DNA from: Squalus acanthias
Lineage: Eukaryota
Reading direction: 5' to 3'
Assembly (NCBI GenBank): GCA_030390025.1
Contig: CM059429.1
Coordinates: forward strand, 138,012,001 to 138,076,000
Length of the DNA: 64,000 bases
Shown here: positions 37,001 through 49,000 of the stretch, piece after piece
Position numbering within the stretch: position 1 is the first letter of the stretch
How the letters are laid out: each line of letters begins with the position of its first letter
Notes under the pieces: model-generated
Seen by the model: the letters and a program-made list of their open reading frames with translations, nothing else
What the model was told of the DNA's origin: nothing
The model's database searches: none
Translations under genes and position numbers: made by a program

Positions 37001-40000
37001 GTATAAGATGAAGGAAGTCTTGCTACAATTGTACAGGGCCCTAATGAGACCACACCTGGAGTACTGTGCACAGTTTTGGTCTCCTTATCTAAGGAAGGAT
37101 ATACTTGCCTTGGAGGCGGTGCAACAAAGGTTCACTAGATTGATTGCTGGGATGAGAGGGCTGTCCTATGATGAGAGATTGTGTAGAATGGGCCTATACT
37201 CTCTGGAGTTTAGAAGAATGAGAGGAGATCTAATTTAAACATACACGATTCTGATGGGGATTGACAGAGTAGATGCTGAGAGGTTGTTTCCCCTGGCTGG
37301 AGTGTCTAGAACTAGGGGGCATAGTCTCAGGATAAGGGGTAGGCCATTTAAGACCGAGCTGAGGAGGAATTTCTTCACTCAGAGGGCTGTGAATCTTTGG
37401 AATTCTCTGCCCCAGAGGGTTGTGGATGCTGAGTCTTTGAGTATATTCAAGGCTGAGATAGATAGATTTTTGGACTCTAGGGGAATCAAGGGATATGGAG
37501 ATTGGGCAGGAAAATGGAGTTGAGGTGGATGATCAGCCACGATCTTATTGAATGGCGGAGCAGGCTCGAGGGGCCGTATGGCCTACTCCTGCTCTTATTT
37601 CTTATATTCTTAAGTCAGCGTCCAGAATAGGATTCTTCGTTATGTGTAGATTAGAATGTTGACCTTTTCTTTCTCTTCATGGACACTAAGCTCAAACTCA
37701 ACCTACACAAAGATGAGTTGATTATGGAACAAATGTGTTAGAACATTACATTTTCATCTCTTTGATCTAAGTTCAAATCTAGTATCTAGAAAGGAAGTTA
37801 AAGTTTCCGCTCTGATACTTGACAAGAACACTGCAGTAAATGCCAATATGATTCAGAGAGAATGTAAATTGGTGGTAGAAACTTCATAGAATCATAGAAA
37901 TTTACAGCACAGAAGGAGGCCATTCGGCCCATCTTGTCCATGCCGGCCGATAAAGAGCTATTCACCCTAATCCCACTTTCCAGCACTTGGTCCGTAACCT
38001 TGTAGGTTACGGCACTTCAAGTGCATATCCAAGTGTTTTTTAAATGTGATGAGGGTCTCTGCCTCTACCACCCTTTCAGGCAGTGAGTTCCAGATCCCCA
38101 CCACCCTCTGCGTGAAAAAGTTTCTCCTCAAATCCCCTCTAAACCTCCTACCAATTACTTTAAATCTATGCCCCCTGGTTATTGACCCCTCTGCTAAGGG
38201 AAATAAGTCCTTCCTATCCACTCTATCTAGGCCCTCATAATTTTATACACCTCAATTGGGTCTCCCCTCAGCTTCCTCTGTTCCAAAGAAAACAACCCCA
38301 GCCTATCCAATCTTTCCTCATAGCTATAATTTCCCAGCCCAGGCAACATCCTCGTAAATCTCCTCTGCACCCTCTCCAGTGCAATCACACCCTTCCTGTA
38401 ATGTGGTGACCAGAACTGCACGCAGTACTCCAGCTGTGGCCTAACTAGTGTTTTATACAATTCAAGCATAACCTCCCTGCTCTTATATTCTATGCCTCGG
38501 CTAATAAAGGCAAGTATCCCTTATGCCTTCTTAACCATCTTATCCACTTGTCCTGCTACCTTCAGGGATCTGTGGACATGCACTCCAAGGTCCCTCTGAT
38601 TCTCTGCACTTCTCAGTGTCCTACCATTTATTGTGTATTCCCATGCCTTGTTAGCCCTCCCCAAATGCATTACCTCATTCTTCTCTGGATTGAATTCCAT
38701 TTGCCACTGTTCTGCCCACCTGACCAGTCCATTGATATCACAGAATCCCCACAGTGCAGATAGAGGCCATTTCGGCCCATCGAGCCTGCACCGACACATA
38801 TCCCACCCTATCCCCGTAACCCCACGTATTTAATCCTAACACTAAGGGTCAATTTATCATAGCCAAATCAACCTAACCCGCACATCTTTGGACTGTGGGA
38901 GGAAACCGGAGCACCCGGAGGAAACCCATGCAGACACGGGGAGAATGTGCAAACTCCACACAGACAGTCACCCGAGGCCGGATTTGAACCCGGGTCCCTG
39001 GCGCTGTGAGGTAACAGTGCTAACCACTATGCCACCGTGCTGCCCATATCTTCCTGCAGTCTACAGCTTTCTTCTTCATTATCAACCACACGGCCAATTT
39101 TTGTATCATCTGCAAACTTCTTAATCATACTTCCGACATTCAAGTCCAAATCATTGATATATACCACAAAAAGCAAAGAACCCAGTACTGAGCCCTGCGA
39201 AACCCCACTGGAAACAGCCTTACTAATTTTCTGCCTTCCATTTCCAGCTTTGCTTCTCTCCCTTCTGTATCTATGCTCAGGTTCCCATCCCCCTGTCAAG
39301 TTAGTTTAAACCCTCCCCAACAACACTAGCAACCCCCCTGTGAGGATATTGGTCCCGGTCAACCCATCAAGCTTGTACAGGTTCCACCTGCCCCAGAAGC
39401 AATCCCAATGCCTCAGGAATCTAAAGCCTTCCCTCCTGCACCATCTCTCCAGCCATGCATTCATCTGCTCCATCCTCCTATTTCTGTACTCACTAGCATG
39501 TGGCACCGGGAGTAATTCGGAGATTACTACCTTTGAGGTCCTGCTTTATAACCTCTTTCCTAGCTCCCTAAAATCTGCCTGCAGGACCTCGTCCCTCTTT
39601 CTACTTATGTCGTTGGTACCAATATGGACCACGACCTCTGGCTGTTCACCCTCCCCCCTCAGAATGTCCTGCAGACGCTCAGTGACATCCCTGACCCTGG
39701 CACCAGGGAGGCAACATACCATCCTGGAGTCACATCTGCGGCTGCAGAAACGTCGGTCTGCTCCCCTAACTATCGAATCCCCTGTGACTATTGCTCTTCC
39801 ACTCTTCTTCCTCACCCCCTGTGCAGCTGAGCTACCCATGGTGCTGTGGACTTGGCTCTGGCTGCACTCCCCAGAGGAACCATCACCCTCCACCAGTATT
39901 CAGAGCTGAAAACCATTTAGCGAGCGAGATGCACTCAGGGGATTTCTGCCCTACCTGCCTGGTGCTCCTCTTCTGTCTGGCGGTCACCCATTCCCTCTCT

Positions 40001-43000
40001 GCCTGCACACTCTTAAGCTGCGGGGTGACCACCTCCTGAAACGTGCTATCCACGAAGTTCTCAGCCTCGTGGATGCACTGCAGTGACTCCAGCCGCCGCT
40101 CATGCTCCGAAACCCAGAGCTCGAGCTGCTGTAGCTGGCAACACTTCCCACACATGTGGTCGTCCAGGCCACGAGAAGCGTCCAGGACTTCCCACATGGC
40201 ACAAGATGTGCATTCCACGGGATTGAGCTGCCCTGCCATGCCCTTACTTTATAGACTAGAAACATTTACCTGCTACTCACCAATCAGCTCCTTCCCTTGT
40301 GCCGACGTCACTTTTTAATTCTGACATCACTCTTTCAAAATTCTGCCTCCGCTTTCGCTCCCAGCTCAGGTCCTGCTCAGGTCCGCTGCCCTAATAATTA
40401 TCAGGAATATATTATTAAATATTAAGGGGCTGAGTGGAGCACTGAGTTAGCATACTGTCCTTTCACCTCAGGGATTTGGGTTTGAAGTTAGCACAAATTA
40501 GTGGGAATAAAGGCTCCTCTGTCTGGCTGCAAGGGCCCGACATGAAATCCGTTCAGGCAGCCTCAATTCAGTTCCTAGTGCTTGTGGGCTCAAAGCGCAA
40601 CAATTCCCATAATTTGTCACTAATTGGCTTTAAGTCAGTAATCTCGTTGTGACAATATGGAAGTATCACACTAATGTAGTAGGAGGTACTTTTCTGAGGT
40701 CACACTAAAGTCACTTTGTTGGTCAGAATAGAGTGAGCTTTACTCTGCACCTGACTTGATGGTGAAACTGGGGCCCCGATTTTAAATCTGGGTGGGTTTT
40801 GGCCGGGTGGGTAGGAACATGATTTGGAAACTCACCTGCTGCTCCAGAAATGAGACTGTTTTAACTCTCGAGCCTCATTTAAATCTCGCTGGCCAACCTC
40901 CCGCCTATAATTGGGAAGCAGCAGAGGCCTCAGACTCAGAGGCCTCCCGCTGACACCAGGTAGCTGCCCCGTTCGGCTTCAGGGACTGTGTAGCGGGGAT
41001 CTCACATTCCGGAAGGGGGGAGGAGTCCGCAGCAGGTGAGGCCTAAGCTTTCCCTGTGGGCTTCGGAGGAGCACTGCTGCTGCTCCTGGCCACACGAGGA
41101 AAGTAAAAAACCTTACTTGTTTGGGACTTTTCTGGCCCCTCTTCCCACTGTCTTCACCTGGCGGGAAAGCTACAGCAGCTACCTCCCTCAGTACACCAGT
41201 TAAAATTGCAACACATTCCCTATGCCTTCATCAGTCACACACACATGAGCGCACATGCCACACTAATCAATGAAGACATGCAATAGGAAAGTCCATCAGG
41301 AATATGATTCCTAAAACGGGTATGAATCCTGGAAAATCCCATAAAATAGAAATGGAATTTGATTTTTCAGTCACTATAAGCCATCGATCCCAAAGATGAA
41401 TAGCTGAAATCAATGGCAAGCCAACTTCAAAGCACAACTTAAGATCCCAGAATCCCATGTAATAAAGGAGCAATTTGACTTATTGGGGCCAATAATGCGA
41501 TGCTTGGTGCCTGTAGTGCTAACATGTATTGGGCAGAGGTGATCCAAATGAATGTAATCTACCGCTCCTGCAATGGGCCATGGCGATGAATCATGGAGAA
41601 GAGGAGAACCAGCCTCACCCAGTGACAGAAGAGGATGCTGATCAGGAGCCAGAAGAGATGTCTGCAGAAGTGAATATTCAATTAGAAGCATCTTAAAAAG
41701 GTTGCTATGATGTGCTTGCACCATCCAGTGCACACATAGGGCTGGATTTTCATTGACCCGTGGAGGCGGGTTTGGAGGCGTGCGGGGGGTTAAAATTGCG
41801 AAAACTGGCGGGCGGGCACAAGTCCGCCTCCATCCCGCCTCCACGCAATTTTCATTAAATCGTGTCTGCTGGTCCCGACTCCGTCCCACCTTTAAGAGGC
41901 GGGATAGGCTGTTAAGGCCCTTAACAAGCACTGAATTGGCTCTATAATGCCATTTTGAAAGGCCTTTGTGATTTTAACCCTTGTTCTACATGAAGCACGC
42001 CTGTTCTGAACCACGATTGTGAAACCTGGCGGGAGCACATTTGGATATGGATAGTTCTGTCTGGCTGTCTGTGGGGATGCATATATGAATGGCTATGTGT
42101 ATGGATGGATAGAGAGGGGACATGAGTGGTGGTGTAAAAATATCTGGGAGCAGACTTAGGGCTGCTGCTTATTTTGCAGGTCCTCTCACAGCAAAGGCCA
42201 GGCAGTCTTTGAAGACCTTCACTGCAGCAGCAATGATGACATCATCAGAGGCGACTTTCAGACTAAAAACACTAATTGGTTGATGGGTTCCCACATGCTG
42301 GAACTCAATTGCCCAATTAGGTGAAAATTGCATCAATCTCCCACATCCAATTGCAGTCGGGTGGATAACACGACCCCAACCCGCCCCAGTATCAAAATCC
42401 AGCCCATAATCTTCACATGTGCCCAACATCCTTGTGAAAAAAAAAGTCCTTTCCCTAATTCACAACAATGTCTACACTTCAAAAGTATTTCATTGGTTCT
42501 GAAGCACTTTGGGCGTTCTGAAATAATGCAAAGTGCTATATAAATGCAAGTTCTTTCTTTCTTGTCATTGCCCTCAGCTTTACTTCAAGATCCCTGAATA
42601 CCGTGGCATTTCTCTACAGCTGTCTTATTCTGCCCCATCTTTAATGAGCTTTAACGATACATTAGGTGCACCCTGAATGAACAAAAGCCTTCTTAAAATA
42701 ATTTATTTTTCCAAATTCAGAAACTTTTAAAATGCATAAAAAATAATGAAGTGAATTTCTACTTCATTTACATCAAGTGCTGGTTTTGATTCTATTAGTG
42801 GCATAGCCATAGTAGTGACATATAATTCATTATGCATTAATATTGAAATATATACAGTCAACATTGAGATCGCCTCAAGGCTACAAAAACATGTCTGTTG
42901 TTCTAATTGGTTATTTCCTCATGATTTAAACAGTGTTGTCATAATGTCAGTCTGGGGTGCACATGATTATTTGGAGAGCTGTTTATTACATGCTATGTAT

Positions 43001-46000
43001 CATTACTCAGCAGTTACAATCTGCTTTAATCATCTCTCTGACCCTATTCCAGTAGAAACTCTATTCAAGAAGACACAATAGGGATCATTGAAATTATTTA
43101 AAAAAAGATTTTTTGATTTTTTCTTTTGTGCAGCAGTATTTGAAGAGTACTTCTGTTGTGCATTTCCAGCTAAAATGAATGGATGTGGGGCTTTGCTGAT
43201 TGTCTTTAGATTAGCTCATGACGCCAGAACTTTATCATTTCATGCATTGTGGTTAGAAATTCCCCTCCTGGTGCAGTTGAGGTTTTAGTGGTGCTTTGCC
43301 ACGTCAACTCATTTAATTAATTATACGCAGCTGGCTCTGCAACTTTGTCCCGGTGCAAAGAGCAAGCCCAATGGGGCAAGGGCAAATTCTGGCAACAGTT
43401 CCAAATTAAAGGAACATGCACACTTAAGGGTAATGGCATATGCAACTGCAGATGCGACGTGCTGCTGTGGTAGCTGCCTGGGATTATTTGCAATATGACT
43501 GGAGTGAAGCAGCTGAGTGACACAGATAATGAGTCATCCTGAAAGACACTTCTTTCCTCTCTGCTTCCTCCTGCCATGGCCCTGCTGCCGGGCACTTTCT
43601 CAGCAAAAGTTGGGCCATTTACTTGGGCGCAGACCACACGGCTGCTGTGAGGTTGTGATCCTGAAAGACACTTCTTTCTTCTCTGCTTCCTCCTGCCATG
43701 GCCCTGCTGCCGGGCACTTTCTCAGCAAAAGTTGGGCCATTTACTTGGGCGCAGACCACACGGCTGCTGTGAGGTTGTGCCAACTCTGCATCAAAGTTTT
43801 GCTTAGATGATCCGCTAGCAAGGAGAATCCCTTAAGAACATACTTATAGAGCTCTGAGCCATACTTATGGCACTCCTGAAGGAGCCCACAGCAACGCTTA
43901 GGGGAGCTCTGCTACAGAGGCCCCTGGAGGTAGCATATACTCCAGAGTGCACTGCGGTCAAAAGTTACTGCATAGATGCAAACCAACAATCCCAAATCTC
44001 AAAGGACACTGGCCCCGATATTCACGGGGGGGAGCGCAGTAGCGTGGGTAAACCCGGCAAGGCCGGGGACGTGGAGGCTCTGCCGATCATAATGGCGGGG
44101 CCTCATTTAAATAGTCTTCTGCAGACTCCCGCCCGACAGCCAGCCAAATTAATAGCCTAACCAGTGGGCAGGGGCACAGACAAGCGGCAGGAGGCCGTAG
44201 CCGGGGGAGCCGACCGTCAGTAGAGGCTGAAGGCTCTGAGCTGCGATCAGGGCTGGGGGTGGAGGAGAGAGGACATCGGGGCAGCGATCAGGGCTGGGGG
44301 GAGGCCGAAGGCTTCTTTGTGAGGCCTAGGTGGAACACTCCGGCTCCTCCTGGGCCACAAGGAATGCTAGAAGCAGCCGACCTGCAGCACTTACCTTGGC
44401 CAGTCGGGATCTGCTGCCGGGAATCTCACAGTACAGGCCGCGGCTTTTGAATGTTAATTAGGCCCCACCTGCCTTTTGCGGGAGCCTCGTCGATCACCTG
44501 ATTTGTGTTTGTAAGATTTGGGTAGGGTTGGGGCCGGGTTTCTCATTCCCAATATTTTAACCCACCCCCCACCACCCTCTCCTGCCCATTGTGGGGGTTA
44601 AAATCAAGGCCAATGGTGGTCACAAAGAAACATTTTATGTTCAGGTGTTAGATGGCACGAATCCCAGAACTCATCATCTGAGGGCTGGCCCACGGGATCC
44701 TCCCTTGCTGCTTCCTGTACTTGCTCCTCTTCACTTGTGCTTTATCTGGTGCTCCCGGATCTAACTCTAACTCTGCATCATCCCTCAGAATGGATATTCC
44801 TGGGTTGATGCTTTGCACAGGTGTAATGAGTGATGCAAAGTGTATGGTCCCTTGACCCAGTGAGCTGCTGCTCCTCCTCCTCACAGAAACACAATGGGAA
44901 AAACATATATTGGAATCTGCACATTTTAGGCAGTCCCTGACTTGAAGTAGTGGTGCAAGGCAAGTTGCCTATTAGCAGAATATGTAAATAAAATAACATT
45001 CCTTGAGGGCATAATAGGTACTAGTTTGCATATTCAAGTTGACCATCTTCATGCCTCACTCCAGTAGGTATCATGGAGTGGTTGCCCATTATGTACAGGG
45101 TGAATTCTTTGAGGTGTGTCAATGTATGGAGATTAGAGGGGGGGGGGGAGATTCTCCAGTTTTCAGCCTCTCCCTTCTATTAATAACTTCCTATATCTAC
45201 AATTATAAGACACTAATGCAATGTCAGCTGAGCCTGCCAGAGCTAGGCAATTGGCCACTAAACAAAAGTACAAGGACATGCAGCATGTAAGTGGGTATTG
45301 GGGAATTTTTAATGGCCCCATCTGCCATTAGAAATTTCCTGGGAAGGTGCAAGATGTGCCTTGTGCAAAATGCTCAGTAAAAGATAAGAAGGCATCCCAT
45401 GTGAGTATGCAGCTGTTTGAGGGGAAAGTCTGTGTGTGTGTTGTTGGCATCTTATTGGCGTGCAGGACTCATTTAACTTGGCATACTTTACCCCAATTTC
45501 TTCCCCATCACAAGATAATTATGGATGAGGAAGACCATTCAGCCCAGCTTGGTCCTTTATCCAGAATTATCCTAAAGTGCATCCATTGCAGCATCCAACT
45601 AGTTCTTAAATGATTCCAGGGTTTTTGCCTCCACTACTCTATTCAGGAGTCCATTCCATGTGTTGATCACTTTCTGTGTGAAGTAGAAACGTAGTAAAAT
45701 AGGAGCAGGAGTAGGCCATTCGGCCCTTCGAGCCTGCTCCGCCATTCAATATGATCATGACTGATCCTCTATCTCAATACCATATTCCCGCTCTCTCCCC
45801 ATACCCCTTGATGCCTTTTGTGTCTAGAAATCTATCTATCTCCTTCTTAAATATATTCAGTGACTTGGCCTCCACAACCTTCTGTGGTAGAGAATTCCAC
45901 AGGTTCACCACCCTCTAAGTGAAGAAATTTCTCCTCATCTCAGTCCTAAAAGTCCTACCCCGTATCCTGAGACTGTGACCCCTCGTTCTAAACCCTCCAG

Positions 46001-49000
46001 CCAGGGGAAACATCTTCCCTGCATCTGGTCTGTCTAGCCCTGTCAGAATTTTATACGTTTCAATGAGATCCCCTCTCATTCTTCTAAACTTTAGTGAATA
46101 CAGGCCTAGTCGACCCAATCTCTCCTCATCCCAGGAATCAGTCTTGTGAACCTTCGCTGCACTCCCTCTATGGCAAGTATGTCCTTTCTTAGGTAAGGAG
46201 ACCAAAACTGCACACAGTACTCCAGGTGTGGTCTCACCAAGGCCCTGTATAACTGTAGTAAGACATCCTTGCTCCTGTAGTAAGAACTTCCTCATATCAG
46301 TCCTAAATTCAACTTTAACTAGTTCCTGTGGTCCTTGTCTTATTTACGCAATTTAATTTAATGTAATTTTCCAGATTGACTTTTTCTACACCATTTCTAA
46401 TCTTATACGATTTGTAGTGTTATGTACATGGGTAGGGCCAACGCCAAACATGTATACATCAGGCAGGGTTTAAGGCTGTTGAGCAGGAGGAAGATCTAGG
46501 TGTTATTGTACATAAATCTCTGAAGGGCAGTAGATGGAGGTCATGGCTACCATGACAGTAAGGGACAGGCTTGATGGGCCAGCTGGTCTTTTCCTGCCCT
46601 TTGATTTTGTATGTCTCTACCTCTCAGGCTGGCTTCCATGGAGACAGAAAAGCCCATGTTTCTCCAGTCTTTCTCATAATCAGACCTCCAAGAACAGGGA
46701 TCAGCCTTGTGGCAGTTTGAACTACCTCCATTGTCTCCCTTATTCCTCAGTCATTAAAATTGGATGTACTACTGAAAGAGCATTGTACAGTTTGATCATG
46801 ACTTCCTCTTTCTTGTATTCTACTGTGTTTGTGATTATAGTCCTGTTGACTTATTGATTGCTGCTCTGCATTGGTTGGAACTGTTAAGTGTTGAGCCTAT
46901 TAAGACTCCTTGGTCTTTTTCAACTTCATCTGTTTATTGCAGAAACTGCATTGAGCTGCTCAGCAACTTCTTACTGGAGCTTGCTGAGGAGAGTGCCCCT
47001 CAAATCCAGAAATGGGACACCTCCCTCCACATCACCTTCAGGGTTCTCTAAGAAAAAGGAACTGTTTTCCCTTTCCCCTTGCTGATTCTTGACTCATTTT
47101 ACCACAACTGTCAGCAAGACCACATGAAATTGGAAAACGGGAAGTGCAGGAACAGCTTTAAGTAGCTGCCCCAGCACTTTTCCTCCTCTGTGCAGGAAGT
47201 TAACCTCTCCGTTCCCAGCGTGCAACTTGAACAAAATCATGATTTGGATGTGAAAAAGTATTATATAAACGGAACACATACTGTGGATGCTGGAAATCTG
47301 AAATAACAACAGAATATGCTGGAAACACTCAGCAGGTCAGGCAGCATCGAGGAGAGAGAAACAGAGTCAACGATTCGGGTCGAGGACGTTCTGACGAAGG
47401 GTCCTCGACCCAAAACGTAACTCTGTTTCTCTCTCCTCGATGCTGCCTGACCTCCTATATAAATGGAAGTTCTTTCATCCTCACAGTATGAAGGACTGCA
47501 ATATGGAATATGTGAGCAACCTTAATATTTAACGATAGATTAAAGTGCAGAGCATGTTGCCTAACATGAATGTTTAATAGTGAACTAGAATATAGAATGT
47601 ATTATATAACTTGAATACTGAACCAAAGTACAGAACTTTTTGTATAAATTGAATGTTTAATGGTGAACTAGAATACAAAATGTGCTGTATAATCAAAATA
47701 CTTATTTGGGAATTGGAAACCGAATGTTTCCCATTTAGGACGAGGAAGATCTTGATGTGTGTCTTGTAACTTCAACATTTAAAAATTGGCAAGTCTCCTT
47801 CACTTTTATAATAAATTCTGTATTCTACACTTTCCCATTGAGTAGCCTGTAGTCTTGATATAACTCAAGTTATATTCTGATTGGTTTTGCTGTACAATCG
47901 AAAATCTTGGAATTGCACCTCAAAGTTAACCAGTTAGAAAAAGTTGCTTGAAGGTCCAACGTCTACTCCAGATTGTATGGTGCAGCAAGTGATTAAGAAG
48001 GCCAATGGAATGTTGGCTTTCATTGCTAGGGGGATAGAATATAAAAATAGGGAGGTATTGCTTCAGTTGTACAAGGTATTGATGAGACCGCACCTGGAAT
48101 ACTGCATACAGTTTTGGTGTCCATACTTAAGAAAAGACATACTTGCTCTCGAGTCAGTACAAAGAAGGTTCACTCGGTTAATCCCGGCGATGAGGGGATG
48201 GACATATGAGGAGAGGTTGGGTAGATTGGGACTCTACTCATTGGAGTTCAGAAGAATGAGAGGCGATCTTATTGAAACATATAAGATTGTGAAGGGGTTG
48301 GATCGGGTGGATGCGGGGAGGATATTCCCGATAATGGGTGAAACTAGAACTAGGGGGCATAGTCTTAGAATAAGGGGCTGCTCTTTCAAAACTGAGATGA
48401 GGAGGAACTATTTCACTCAGAGGATGGTAGGTCCATGGAATATGCTGCCCCAAAAAGCTGTAGAAGCTACATCATTACATAAATTTAAAACAGAAATAGA
48501 CAGTTTCCTAGAAGTAAAGGGAATTAAGGGTTACGGGGAGCGGGCAGGAATTTGGACACGAGTCTAGGTTCGGATCGGTCATGGCCCTGTGGGTAGCGTA
48601 GCGGGCCCAGGGGCCGTGTAGCCTGATCCTGCTCCTATTTCGTGTGTCCAATTCTGTTAGATTCAGGAGATGGTTCTGTGATAGTAGATTGGCGGTTAGG
48701 ATCAGATCAGCCATGATCTTATTGAATGGCGGAGCAGGCTCGAGGGGCCAATTGGCCTACTCCTGCTCCAATTTCTTATGTTCTTATGTGATTACGTTTA
48801 CATTGTTTCAAAGAACTTTTATCATTTCTAACTTTTTTTGTCTTTTTTTCCTAGTTGCTACCCTACACTCGAAGGCCTGTGCATCACCGTCTCTCTTCTA
48901 CTTCATATTTATCTACCCGTTTATAATCTTCCTAGCTCTTGTCATTGTTGCACTGTATTTTCACAAGAGGCCAAAAAAACCACAGAAATCTGCTAATGAA

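Noticed and set aside
36784-48854. An eighth Ig exon, as in IGSF3, inside the 12-kb last intron
   Set aside because: No + strand frame with a C...W...D.G.Y.C pattern was seen; a badly decayed pseudo-exon cannot be excluded without an alignment
48644-48854. N-terminal extension of the TM exon shown in the ORF track
   Set aside because: It is CR1 tail and polypyrimidine tract; the strong acceptor is at 48854
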